Shown one piece after another: positions 21,046-31,090 of a DNA stretch of 64,000 nucleotides. The notes under the pieces are model-generated. The model was not told the DNA's origin, did not search any database, and worked only from the letters and a program-made list of their open reading frames with translations. Each line of letters begins with the position of its first letter. Position 1 is the stretch's first letter. Source of the DNA: Acidobacteriota bacterium (GTDB lineage Bacteria; Acidobacteriota; UBA890; WLXD01); contig CBDBHB010000008.1 in NCBI GenBank assembly GCA_965205505.1, forward strand, positions 704,001 through 768,000. The letters run 5' to 3'. Position numbers and translations under genes: made by a program.

Positions 21046-21429
21046 ATGCAAAATACACGGCTCTACCGTCTAGGCTTCGGGGTGATGGCCACAGTGTTCG
21101 TGTTATCAGCGGCAGTGCAATACAACGATCCGGATCCTTTCGCCTGGGTGGCCATCTATCTGGCGGCAGCGGCCGTGTCGATGGCCGCGCTCGGCGCCAT
21201 CCCGGTCGCTCGTGTGGCGATAGCCGTGGGCGCCGCGGCGATGATTTGGGCCGCCACATTGCTGCCGGTCGTCGCACGCTCTTCGCTTCCCGCCTTGTTC
21301 GAGTCGTGGGAAATGATGAGCGCCGACGTTGAAGAGGGACGAGAGATCGGTGGCCTCCTGTTGGTTGGCGGGTGGATGGCGTTCGTTGCCTACTGTGGCT
21401 ACGGGCGACCCGGGAGCGCCAAATCGTGA
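21046..21429 (+). CDS. TMEM220 family membrane protein
   Basis: AVQYNDPDP..W..IY and VEEGREIGGLL motifs; the true start is inside listed ORF 20683..21429. Confidence 0.85.
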   Translation: MQNTRLYRLGFGVMATVFVLSAAVQYNDPDPFAWVAIYLAAAAVSMAALGAIPVARVAIAVGAAAMIWAATLLPVVARSSLPALFESWEMMSADVEEGREIGGLLLVGGWMAFVAYCGYGRPGSAKS

Positions 21430-22865
21430 GCTTGGGAGTCGTCGATCTGGTGATCCTATTGCTGTACTTCGTGGTCGTTATCGCCCTGGGCTACACGGCG
21501 ATGCGCAAGACGAAACGGTTCGACGACTACGCCGTTGCCGGCCGACGCCTGCCGGTAGTGTTCCTGTTCGCCACCATGGCAGCGACCGCCACCGGCGGCG
21601 CGGCGACCGTGGGTCGAGCCTCTCAGGCGTATCAGGCCGGCATCGTGATCTTTGCCGCCACCATGGGATTCGTCCTGAATCAGCTGTTGTCGGGCCTGTT
21701 TCTGGCGCCGCGCATCCGCGCAATCGGCAAGCTCTATACGGTCGGCGACGTCATGGGCTTCTATTACGGTCGCGCCGCGCGGGCGCTTACCGGCCTCCTA
21801 TCGTTCCTCTACAGCGTCACCCTGTTCGGCGTTCAACTGCTGGCGATGGGACGGATCCTGCAAACCATCACCGGTCTCCCGCTGGTGCCGTTGACGATTG
21901 CGGGGTCGATCGTCACCGTGATCTACACCGGACTCGGCGGCATCTGGGCGGTGATCTATACCGATCTGCTGCAGTTTCTCGTCCTCGCCTTCGGCATCAC
22001 GACGGCAGCCGTGGTCGCGGTTCACGCGGCGGGCGGCATCGATGCGCTGGTGGGTGGACTCGACCCGGTGTTGTTGAGCCCAGCGGGCACCTGGCCGATG
22101 TCGCAGATCGTAGCGATCTTCGTGGCATTTCTGCTCGGCGAAGCGCTCGCCCCGTACTTCGTGCAGCGCTACGCGGCTACCAAGAGCCCGTCGGACACAC
22201 GCTGGGGGGTTACGCTCTTCGGCGCCTACTACGGCTTCTACACCATCGTCGTGATCGCCCTGGGCTTGGCCGGCGCGATGCTTCTGAGCGACACCGAGCC
22301 CGATCTGGTGCTGACCACCATCGTGCGCGACTTCCTGCCGCTCGGTCTCAAGGGCCTGGTGTTCGCGGCGCTGCTTGCGGCCGTGATGTCGACCGGGGAC
22401 TCGATCCTCAACAACGCCTCGGTGATCTTCACGCGCGACATCTACCAGATGTTTCTCCGCCACGAGGCCAGCGACGCACGCATGCTCCTTTGGGCTCGTA
22501 TCAGCACCTTGGCCATTGGCGCCGCCGGGGTGGTCGCTGCGCTGAGCCTGCCGGACGTGTTTCAGCTACTCATCTACACGTACACATTGTGGGCACCGTC
22601 GATTGTTCCACCTCTCGTGGTGGCACTGCTCTGGGGTGGGCCCCGGCAGCGACGCGTGGCGCCGCGCGCGGCGGTACCGGCGATCGTCGCGGGGATGACG
22701 ACGACGTTTCTCTGGGGAACGCTTCTACTCGGCCAGCCACTGGGGATCCCACCCGTCGTCGCAGGAGTGTTCGCCAACCTGCTGGTGCTCTATATCGCCC
22801 ACACGGCGACGCAGAACATGGCGCCGACCGGAGTCTTCCGCGCCGAGGAGGTCGAGGCAGGATGA
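21426..22865 (+). CDS. Sodium:solute symporter (SSS)
   Basis: DYAVAGRRL, YTGLGGIWAVIYTDLLQ, VQRY, AAVMSTGDS, TRDIY; GTGA overlap with the upstream stop. Confidence 0.93.
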   Translation: MSLGVVDLVILLLYFVVVIALGYTAMRKTKRFDDYAVAGRRLPVVFLFATMAATATGGAATVGRASQAYQAGIVIFAATMGFVLNQLLSGLFLAPRIRAIGKLYTVGDVMGFYYGRAARALTGLLSFLYSVTLFGVQLLAMGRILQTITGLPLVPLTIAGSIVTVIYTGLGGIWAVIYTDLLQFLVLAFGITTAAVVAVHAAGGIDALVGGLDPVLLSPAGTWPMSQIVAIFVAFLLGEALAPYFVQRYAATKSPSDTRWGVTLFGAYYGFYTIVVIALGLAGAMLLSDTEPDLVLTTIVRDFLPLGLKGLVFAALLAAVMSTGDSILNNASVIFTRDIYQMFLRHEASDARMLLWARISTLAIGAAGVVAALSLPDVFQLLIYTYTLWAPSIVPPLVVALLWGGPRQRRVAPRAAVPAIVAGMTTTFLWGTLLLGQPLGIPPVVAGVFANLLVLYIAHTATQNMAPTGVFRAEEVEAG

Positions 22866-22975
22866 GCGCCTGGGGACTCCTCTTCTACGTCTCGACGGCG
22901 GTCGTCTACATTGCGGTCGGAGCGACGGTCGTAGGTTGGCTGCGCTCGCTACGCTCTGATCCACCGCATCGATAA
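22862..22975 (+). CDS. 37-aa single-TM protein coupled to the SSS gene
   Basis: ATGA overlap and GAGG RBS; MSAWGLLFYVSTAVVYIAVGATVVGWLRSLRSDPPHR. Confidence 0.65.
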   Translation: MSAWGLLFYVSTAVVYIAVGATVVGWLRSLRSDPPHR

Positions 22976-23018
22976 CCCGCCGTGGTGGAAACGTCGCGGG
23001 CCGCGTAACCCTCCGGGC

Positions 23019-24665
23019 TCAACGGCGCTCGTAGACCACCTTGCCATCAACGATCGTGATGTCGGCCTTGATCGACATGAGCTGATCCGGTGACACGCTC
23101 AGCGGATCGCCGCTGAGCACCACCATGTCGGCGAGCTTGCCAACCTCGAGGCTGCCCTTGATGTCTTCCTCGAACCCCGAGTACGCCGCCCAGATGGTGT
23201 GCATCTTGATGGCATCCATTACCGAGACCGCCTCGTCCGGATCGACCTCGGTACCAAACTTGCTGGTGCGTAACACCGCGCGGGTGAACGAGAACATCGG
23301 GTTGATCGAAAACGGCTGGGTGCCGACGGAATCGGCGTTGCCCGGCGGGCGGAATCCCCGGTCGATGAGCGTCTTCAGGATGTAGAGACGCGGCCGGCCG
23401 GGCTGTTGCAGCAGCTCGTTGGTCGTGCGCCAGATGAACGACGCCTGCGGAACCGGGATGACGTTCAGCTCCTCCATGCGGTCGAGAATCTTGTCGTCGA
23501 CCATGAAGTTGGCGAAATGCTCGATCCGATGCCGGTGGTCATCGCGCGGGTGTTTCTCGAGGGCCTCCTCGAAAGCGTCGAGGGCCAGATCCTGGGCGCG
23601 GTCGCCATTGCAGTGGATCCAGACCTGCCAACCGGCGGCGTGGGCCTTCTCCACCTCCTCGCGCAGCTGCTCGGGCGAGCGGCTCAGGTTGCCGAAGTTG
23701 TCGGTAGTGCCGTACGCCGGAGCGTGGGTGGCCGCGGTCGTTCCCCAAACGCCGTCGAAGAGGATCTTGATGGCACCGATCTTCAGCCAGTTGTCGCCGA
23801 AGCCAGTGCGCAGCCCGGTGCTGATCAGCGAGTCGAGGTCGAAGCTGCGCAGCATGAACGAGATCGACAGCCTGACGGGTGGAAGCTCGCCTGCGTCGCG
23901 GAGCTCCTGGTAGGCACGCACCCCATCCAAGGTGTCCATCGTGTAGACGCTGGTAACCCCCTGCTCGAGCCAGAGCTTCCTGAGGGTCGGCGGGATCACC
24001 CTTACGGTGTCGTCGTAGGTCGGCAGCGGCGTGTCCAGCAGGTGGCGCGCATCGCGAAAGATGCCGGTCGGCGCACCGTCGGGTCCCCGCTCGATCACCC
24101 CACCCGGGGGATCCGGCGTGTCGCGCGTGATACCGGATACTTCCATCGCCTTGCGGTTGGCGATGACGTCGTGGGCGCTCCAACGAATCACCACGGGGTG
24201 ATCGGGAAGGGCCTCGTCGAGCTGCTCGCGGGTGGGCATCGGCTGGTAGTAGGTACCCTGTCCCTCGATCCAGGTGCCCGGCGGCAGCTCGGCGGCCCGC
24301 GCTTTCACCGTCTCGAGCACGTCTTCTTCCGTCTCCAATGGCGGGATCGCCACCGGCAAGCGGAACGCGTCGCCCTGTGAGCTGCCCTCGACATGGTTGT
24401 GGGCGTCGATGAATCCGGGCAGCAAAACACGGCCGTCGAGCTCGACAACCTGTGTCTGCGCCCCTACTAGCGCGTCGATTGCCGTATTGGATCCGACCGC
24501 AACGATGCGGTTTCCCGCGACCGCCACCGCCTCGGCGATCGTTCCCGCTTCATCGACGGCGACGACCTTGCCGCCACGCAGAATCAGGTCAACCGAACTT
24601 TGAGAGGCAGGCTGGATGAATCCCGAGCCGGCGACGAGGATCAACAGAAGCGCGACGTTCCGCAC
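23019..24665 (-). CDS. Exported amidohydrolase_3 (YtcJ-like)
   Basis: LPGFIDAHNH, DPPGGVIER, KILFDG, IHCNGDRA, HRIEH, KGSLEVGKLADMVVL. Confidence 0.92.
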   Translation of the reverse strand: MRNVALLLILVAGSGFIQPASQSSVDLILRGGKVVAVDEAGTIAEAVAVAGNRIVAVGSNTAIDALVGAQTQVVELDGRVLLPGFIDAHNHVEGSSQGDAFRLPVAIPPLETEEDVLETVKARAAELPPGTWIEGQGTYYQPMPTREQLDEALPDHPVVIRWSAHDVIANRKAMEVSGITRDTPDPPGGVIERGPDGAPTGIFRDARHLLDTPLPTYDDTVRVIPPTLRKLWLEQGVTSVYTMDTLDGVRAYQELRDAGELPPVRLSISFMLRSFDLDSLISTGLRTGFGDNWLKIGAIKILFDGVWGTTAATHAPAYGTTDNFGNLSRSPEQLREEVEKAHAAGWQVWIHCNGDRAQDLALDAFEEALEKHPRDDHRHRIEHFANFMVDDKILDRMEELNVIPVPQASFIWRTTNELLQQPGRPRLYILKTLIDRGFRPPGNADSVGTQPFSINPMFSFTRAVLRTSKFGTEVDPDEAVSVMDAIKMHTIWAAYSGFEEDIKGSLEVGKLADMVVLSGDPLSVSPDQLMSIKADITIVDGKVVYERR

Positions 24666-24812
24666 GTGGTTCGCACCCGGTCAAAGGGCGGCAAGTATGC
24701 TGCCGATCCGCCCGTAATGGAGGTAGGTCCCGGGATCGGCCACGACGGGTGTCACGGCAACCCCGCAGTGGGTTGTACCCCTGGCCCATCGGCCAACGCA
24801 ACCGCCGCGGCG

Positions 24813-24940
24813 CTAGTCGGCGCGCAGGCTGCGGACGGGATCCTGTGCCGTGGCGCGGCGAGCGGGGACCAGGCAGGCGACCAGGGCGACGCTGGCCAGC
24901 AGGCCCGCTACAGCCATGTAGGTCAGCGGGTCCGTTGTCC
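24813..24940 (-). pseudogene. C-terminal remnant of a MacB/FtsX-type (ADOP) permease
   Basis: Manual translation TTDPLTYMAVAGLLASVALVACLVPARRATAQDPVRSLRAD*; the PARRA..DP...LR tail is diagnostic. Confidence 0.85.
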
Positions 24941-25027
24941 GGCGACACGCGCCTCCTCGATGTTGGATGCGTAGGGCCCGGCTCTTCAGCGCCCTGCTAG
25001 CTCGGCGCTCGGCCGAGACCGGCCAGT

Positions 25028-26767
25028 CTAACGAGGGCGCTGTCGATCCAGCACAACGCCGGGGAGCTCCATGGTCGGCTCTCCCCCGTCGACCACAAAC
25101 CTACCGTTCGTCAGCACCCAGGTCATTCCTTCCTGGTAGACGTAGGGGTTCAGGTAGGTGGCATCGCTGCGCACCGTCTCGGGGTTGAACACTACGAGGT
25201 CGGCCTTCTGGCCCACCGCAACCCGGCCGCGATCGGCGAGGCCCAGGATCTGCGCCGACAGGCCGGTCATCGAGCGGATCGCGTGCGGCAACGTGATCGT
25301 GCCACGATTGAACACGAACTCACGCAACAGCCGCCCCGAGGTGCCGTACTCCCCGGGATGGGTGGACTTGCTGGTGCGACTGCCATCGTCGGACCCACGG
25401 TCGAGCGACACCGCGGTGTAGTCCTGTCGCATCCACTCCTCGATGTCGATCATGCCGACGGCCTTCGCCATCCACAGCACACCGCCGGGCTGATCGAGAC
25501 CGTTCATCTGCAGCCAGATGACCGTCTCGAAGAAATCGCCGCCGCGCTCCTCCACCACCTCGGCCAGCGTCCTGCCAACGAAGGTCGGATCGGGGAAGTC
25601 AACGATAATGAGGTTGTCGGCGCCGCCCTGGCGGATGGCCTCGTACTCGGCATCGGCGCGAATCATCTCCCGCAGCTCGGGATCGAGCAGTCGTTCCTCG
25701 AGGTTGCCCAGCATGTCGGTGTAGTCGGCCGGAGGAAAATCGTCGGAGGCGCTCTGACCCGGCACTTCCTCACGCACCAGCGCCCAGCGAGGCACCAGCG
25801 TGACGTAAGCGGAGTAGCCCTCGTAGGAATGCATGTTTATGTAAACCTGGTGACCGTCCCGCCAGGCGCCGTCGATCAGCTGCGTGGTCGCCCGGCTGAG
25901 CCCCCACTCACGCGGTCCCTTGGGGTGGATGTGGTCGAGCATGACGGGTAGTCCCGCCACCCTCCCGACGTTGATCACCTCCATGATGGCGTCGAGCCAG
26001 TCGACGTGGCGCTGGGTGGGGTGGTCCATGTGGCTAGGGAGCAGCCACTTCGAGTAACGCCCCTGGCTGCGCATGTGAGCCTGGAAGTGGCCACCGTACT
26101 CGGCAACCACCTTGGCGAGCTCCTGCAGCTCCTCCTCGGCGCTGTAGCGCATGGGGTTGTACTCCAGCCCGGTGCTCAGTCCGAAGGCACCGTCCTCCAT
26201 GCCCTCGCGAACCAACGCTCGCATGCGCTCGAGCTCGTCGTCGGTGGCGTGGCGCATGACTTCGTGAGGCTCCTCACCCATCACCAACCGGCGCACCACC
26301 CCGTGTCCCACCAGCGGCACCAGGTTGGGGGCGTGCCCGATCTTCTCGAACGCCTGGCGCTGCTCACGCAGCGGCCAGATACCGCCGAAAAGGCCATCCG
26401 CGTTGATCACCAGGGTGGTGAAGCCTTGTGTCGTGTAGTTGGTCACCCGGTTGGCGCCGGCCAGGATGTCGCGATCGACGTGCTCGTGGAGGCCGATGAA
26501 TCCCGGCGTGACGTAGTGGCCCGCAGCGTCGACCACACGCGTGGCAGTCGCCCCCTCGAGATCACCCAGCGCGACGATCTCGTCGCCGCGAATGCCGACG
26601 TCGGCATAGAAGAACGGGTTACCGGAACCATCGAGAACGCGACCGTTGCGGATGATGGTGTCGAGCTGCTGCGCCGGTGCCGCTCCCCAGACCACGACAA
26701 CAAGCACCATGAGCATCGAGATCCGGGCAAGGCCCGGCAGCCTGGCCCTCTTCATCATCTTCGTCAC
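25028..26767 (-). CDS. N-acyl-D-amino-acid deacylase family amidohydrolase
   Basis: VLDGSGNP, TPGFIGLHEH, QGFTT, GLSTGLEYNP, AHMRS, HPGEYGT, ADLVVF; signal peptide. Confidence 0.88.
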   Translation of the reverse strand: MTKMMKRARLPGLARISMLMVLVVVVWGAAPAQQLDTIIRNGRVLDGSGNPFFYADVGIRGDEIVALGDLEGATATRVVDAAGHYVTPGFIGLHEHVDRDILAGANRVTNYTTQGFTTLVINADGLFGGIWPLREQRQAFEKIGHAPNLVPLVGHGVVRRLVMGEEPHEVMRHATDDELERMRALVREGMEDGAFGLSTGLEYNPMRYSAEEELQELAKVVAEYGGHFQAHMRSQGRYSKWLLPSHMDHPTQRHVDWLDAIMEVINVGRVAGLPVMLDHIHPKGPREWGLSRATTQLIDGAWRDGHQVYINMHSYEGYSAYVTLVPRWALVREEVPGQSASDDFPPADYTDMLGNLEERLLDPELREMIRADAEYEAIRQGGADNLIIVDFPDPTFVGRTLAEVVEERGGDFFETVIWLQMNGLDQPGGVLWMAKAVGMIDIEEWMRQDYTAVSLDRGSDDGSRTSKSTHPGEYGTSGRLLREFVFNRGTITLPHAIRSMTGLSAQILGLADRGRVAVGQKADLVVFNPETVRSDATYLNPYVYQEGMTWVLTNGRFVVDGGEPTMELPGVVLDRQRPR

Positions 26768-28581
26768 TCCGGCGTTGTTCGGGTGGCTAGCACGACCGGC
26801 AAGAGTAGGTAGGAGGCTCGCCGCGAATCATGAAACACGCTCTGCTCCGCCGTTCGAAGGTCCGCATCGGTACCGAACGCGGCGCCGGTGTTGGGATTGC
26901 GGTCAAATCGCGGGAAATTGCTGCTGGAGATCTCCAGCCGGATCCGGTGGCCGCTCAGGAACACGTTGCTAGTGGCGAGTAGATCGAGGCGCAGCTCCAC
27001 CGGAACGCCTGGCGTCAGCAGCTCGGGGGTGGTCTTCCCGTTGCGGTAGCGGGCGCGCAGGATCCCGTCGGTGAGTGTCCGGGCAACGCCGTCTGGCGCC
27101 ACGTCGACAAGCTTGGCGGTGAAGTCCGTGTCGGGAGCCGTGGAGGTCGCCCACAGCACGAGCTCGATGTAGCCGGTCACCTCGAGATCCTCGGGTAACG
27201 CGTCGCTCGTGTACACCAGCACGTCGGGGCGCGCCTCGAGCTCGGTGGGATCCGACGGGGCGCGCGAGTAGCCGCTCATCACGCCGGTGGATGCGGGATC
27301 CGAGGGATCGTAAACGAACTGATCCGGCGGCTCGTCTACCGGCACCTCGATGCCGAGCGCGCCGTTCCCCTCGATCGTGTTCGCCTGCCCACCGCTATGC
27401 AGGTAATAGCGGACGGGCCGGGCGCTTGACAACGGCCATTCCTGCTCGTCGCGCCAACGGTTTGTGCCCATTACGAAGATGCGTAGCGGCGCCATTTCCA
27501 TCACCGTCGCGTCGCCGTCGCGAAGCCAATAGTCGTACCAAGCCAGGAGCAGCTCCGCGTAATCAAGGCCGGCATCGGGGCCGAAATCGACATCCCCGAT
27601 GCTTGTGCTATCCCGCGTCGGGCCTGAGTGAGTCCATGGCCCGACGACCAAGCGCTGGCCCTGGCGGGCCCATTCCGTGCTTGCATTGGCCCGTAGACCG
27701 CTGAAGTTCTCGAGCGTTCCCCGCAGCAACGTGTCGTACCAACCGGTCACGTGCAGCGCCGGGGTTTCGAATCTGCCATGGCGGCTGGCGATATCGAACG
27801 TCTCCCAGAAGTCGTCGTAGCTAGGATGGGCAAGCATCCGGAAGTAGCCGGGCGCGAGTCGTCGGACGTCCAGCGCCTCCATCGACGACAACGGCAGCTG
27901 CCAGAGCAGCTTCTCGCGCACGAGCCGGCGCTGCGCGTCGGTCAACCCGATGGGTCCATCCCGATCCGCGAAGCGTGCCCCGGCTTGTCTGCGACGGACG
28001 TCCGCCGCCTGCCCGAGGTTCCAAAACAGGCCGTCCGACAGGTAGAAAGCACCACCTTGAAAGACCATGTCGTAGCGGCTCGAGTACGATGAGCTCGGCG
28101 CGATCGCCACCAGATGTGGTGGCGCAGTCGACGCCGCCAGTAGCTGCGTTGTCGCTAGATAGCTGCCGCCGTACATGCCGATCTTGCCGTCGACCCAAGG
28201 CAGCGTGGCAACCCACTCGACGGTATCGAAGCCGTCGGCCGCCTCGTCGTGCGGTACCGCGACGCCATCCGAGGTGTATCGACCGCGGGTGTCCTGCACA
28301 ACCACCACATACCCTTGTGCGCTCACACGCCGGAGGCGGTCCGAAGACCCCTCGCTGTTCTTGGAGTACGGCGTGCGACGCAGCAGGGCCGGAAAGCGGC
28401 CCGGTGCGTCAGGACGGTACACGTCGGCGCGGAGGACAACCCCATCCCGCATGACCGCCTCGACGTTCTTCTCGACCACGACCGAGCGCTGTCGCGGCGT
28501 CGCCGGCCACGATGCGAGGCCCGGCAAGCTCAATAGCATCAGTCCGGCAACCAGCGCGCCCACCCTTCTGGATCGCCGCAT
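26764..28581 (-). CDS. CocE/NonD family hydrolase
   Basis: MRDGVVLRADVY, RTPY, QDTRGRYTSDG, GGSYLA, GWYD, GPWTH, SSSNFPRFDRNPNTG. Confidence 0.93.
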   Translation of the reverse strand: MRRSRRVGALVAGLMLLSLPGLASWPATPRQRSVVVEKNVEAVMRDGVVLRADVYRPDAPGRFPALLRRTPYSKNSEGSSDRLRRVSAQGYVVVVQDTRGRYTSDGVAVPHDEAADGFDTVEWVATLPWVDGKIGMYGGSYLATTQLLAASTAPPHLVAIAPSSSYSSRYDMVFQGGAFYLSDGLFWNLGQAADVRRRQAGARFADRDGPIGLTDAQRRLVREKLLWQLPLSSMEALDVRRLAPGYFRMLAHPSYDDFWETFDIASRHGRFETPALHVTGWYDTLLRGTLENFSGLRANASTEWARQGQRLVVGPWTHSGPTRDSTSIGDVDFGPDAGLDYAELLLAWYDYWLRDGDATVMEMAPLRIFVMGTNRWRDEQEWPLSSARPVRYYLHSGGQANTIEGNGALGIEVPVDEPPDQFVYDPSDPASTGVMSGYSRAPSDPTELEARPDVLVYTSDALPEDLEVTGYIELVLWATSTAPDTDFTAKLVDVAPDGVARTLTDGILRARYRNGKTTPELLTPGVPVELRLDLLATSNVFLSGHRIRLEISSSNFPRFDRNPNTGAAFGTDADLRTAEQSVFHDSRRASYLLLPVVLATRTTPE

Positions 28582-28669
28582 GCGATAGGCTCGCTGTACG
28601 AAGGGTCGATCCTGACAGTGGAGATTGGAAGCCACGTGACGATTGATGCCTCGACCTGGAGGTGCGCGG

Positions 28670-29575
28670 GTGAGTGAGCCGATCGAGTACATTACACGCA
28701 TCGGAGAAAAATACGCGGCGCTCGGCTACGGCATCTACCAATGGGCCCATGTCGAGGAGCCTCCACCCTGGACGCCGCTGGACAAGCCGCTGTCGGAGTG
28801 CCGTCTGGGTTTGCTTGCCTCCGGAGGCGTCTACGTCGCCGGCCAGCGCGCCTTCCACTACAAGGACGACGTCTCCTGTCGCACCATCCCGACCGATGTC
28901 GACACGGCGGATCTCCGCGCCACACATTTCGCCTACGACCTCGAGCCTGCGCGCCGTGATCCGAACGTCGTCTTTCCGATCGATACGCTGAGGGGTCTGG
29001 TGGAGGACGGCGTGATCGGCGCCCTCGCGGACAACGCATACACGTTCATGGGAGGGATCTACTCATCACGACTGGCGCGCGATGAGGTGGCCCCTGAGTT
29101 GACCCGACTCCTGCTCGAGGACCAGGTCGACGTGGCGCTACTGGTACCGGTGTGACCGGTTTGCCATCAGTCGGTCGGACTGATCGCGAGGGAAATCGAA
29201 GGCGCCGGAATCTCCACTTTGTGCATGGCAAGCGCGCTGGACATCATGCAGGCGGCCAACCCGCCACGCATCGCGTTCGTCGACTATCCGCTCGGGCACA
29301 CGGCGGGAAAGCCGAACGAGCCGGAGCTGCAGCGCGACATCCTCAGCCAGACCCTGGCAGGCCTGACGTCGTTGACATCACCCGGGACGGTGTCGCTGCC
29401 GTTCAAGTGGAGCGAGGACGAGGCCTGGAAGGAAACGGCCGAACGTGGCCCGGACGAACGCCGGCCGCGCCACGATACGCCGCAGTATCAGAGCGATGCA
29501 GATCGCCTGCTCGCCGAGGCCGGCGCCCCGTCCTGCGCCGTGTGCGCTGACGACGCGCGGGCATCCCCGGCCTAG
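28670..29575 (+). CDS. GrdB/PrdB-like selenoprotein (Sec codon TGA at 29153-29155)
   Basis: PWTPLDKPLSECRLGLLASGG, RDPNVVFPIDTL, DVALLVPV-U-PVCHQSVGLIAREIEGAGISTL, PPR...YPLG; ORFs 28643..29155 and 29219..29575 share a frame; GGAGG RBS before GTG 28670. Confidence 0.9.
29166..29184 (+). promoter_or_regulatory. Bacterial SECIS-like hairpin
   Basis: atcagtc-ggtcg-gactgat: perfect 7-bp stem, G-led loop starting 18 nt after the UGA. Confidence 0.75.
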
Positions 29576-29587
29576 ACCGACCCGCTC

Positions 29588-31090
29588 GTGCGCGCCGAGG
29601 GAACCCGACTGTTCGGACACCCGCGAGCCGTGTTCAGCCTGTCGCTCATCGGTCTTTGGTACATCGCCGCCTACGCTGGCATCGTCGGGCATCTGGTGCT
29701 CTTCCTCACGGCGGCGCCAGAAGACTACGGCTTCGGCTGGACGGACGACGAGGCGATCCGTCTTTACGGATACTTTGGCGGCACCGTGCACCTGGCCACG
29801 TTGTTCGGCGGATGGATATCCGACGCATTCACCGGCAAGCGCAGGGCGGCGATCCTGGGTCTCGCGTGCGCCACGGTCGCCATCCTGCTCTTCAGCGCCG
29901 TGACCTCGATTCCCGCCCTCGTGGGGTCGATCTACGACGCTCCGGTGCGCGACGTGACGCTCGACGCCGAGATCTCGATGGGTCGGATCAGCATGGGCGC
30001 GGAGTAAACTGCGCGCCTGGACCAGACGCTGGCCGCCTCCGGAGCAGACGAGGCCCTGCGCAGGACGGTCTGGCGCGCCTACGGACTGACGACCCTCGCG
30101 TTCTACCTGAGCATCGCGCTCTTCGCCTGGAGCTACGGCCTCCTGATGCCCAGCCTGACGGCGCTCATCGGCGTGTCGTACGCCGACGAGCCCGGGCATC
30201 GTGAAACCGGCTACACGCTGTTTTTCATGATGCTGAACCTCGGGTTCATCGTCGGTGCGCTCATTGCCGGTTCACTGCTGACGCGCTTCGGCTGGCGAGC
30301 GGCGCTGCTGTCCACGGGCATCCTGGCCGTCGTCGCCTTGCTCGACTTGCTGCGCGTGGGAAAACAGCTGGAGCCGGGCGCCGACGGATCAGCCAAGACG
30401 CGCACCGAGAGTGAGCCGTTCTCCTGGACGCTGACGCGGCCGGAGCGCAATCGAGTGGTAGTGATCGCCGTGCTGTCCACCTGCTATCTGCTGTTCGTCG
30501 CCGCGTTCGAGCAGTGGGGCGGCTCGTTCAGCCTTTACGTGCAGAACAACATCCACCGCGTCGTAGGTGGTTTCGATGTCCCTACCCTGTGGATTCACTC
30601 GTCACAATCGCTCTTCGTGATCCTGCTGGGGCCGGCGATGATCTGGATGTGGGCGCGCGCGTCGACACGCTACGGAGCCATCTCGGCGCCGAACAAGATG
30701 GCCATCGGCATGCTCGCCACAGCGGTCGCGTTCATCTGAATCGCATTCTCGGCAGCTCAAAACGCCGCCGATCCGGGCACCAAGGCGAGCCTGTTCTGGC
30801 CGCTGACCTACTACTGGATCGTCACCATCGGCCAGCTTGCGGTGATTCCGGTGGGTAACGCGTTCATCAGCAAGGAAGCGCCAGAGCGGCTAGTCGGCAC
30901 GCTGATGGGCCTGTGGATGCTGTTCGGCGGGATCGGCATCTGGCTCTCCGGTCAGATCGGAGCGCTCACCCAGTCGCTCGGTGCGTTCGCAGTGTTCGGC
31001 GGCATCGCGGTCGGCGCGGCAGCCACGGCCCTGGCGATGTTCGCCACCAGGAACTGGCTGAGCGGACTGCTGGACGAGACGTCTATCTGA
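29588..31090 (+). pseudogene. POT/PTR2 family peptide MFS transporter with in-frame TAA (30005-30007) and TGA (30737-30739)
   Basis: LFGHPRA, GGWISDAFTGKRRA, GYTLFFM..NLG, FEQWGGS, KEAPERL; three listed ORFs in one frame, colinear with intact paralog 34995..36494. Confidence 0.85.
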
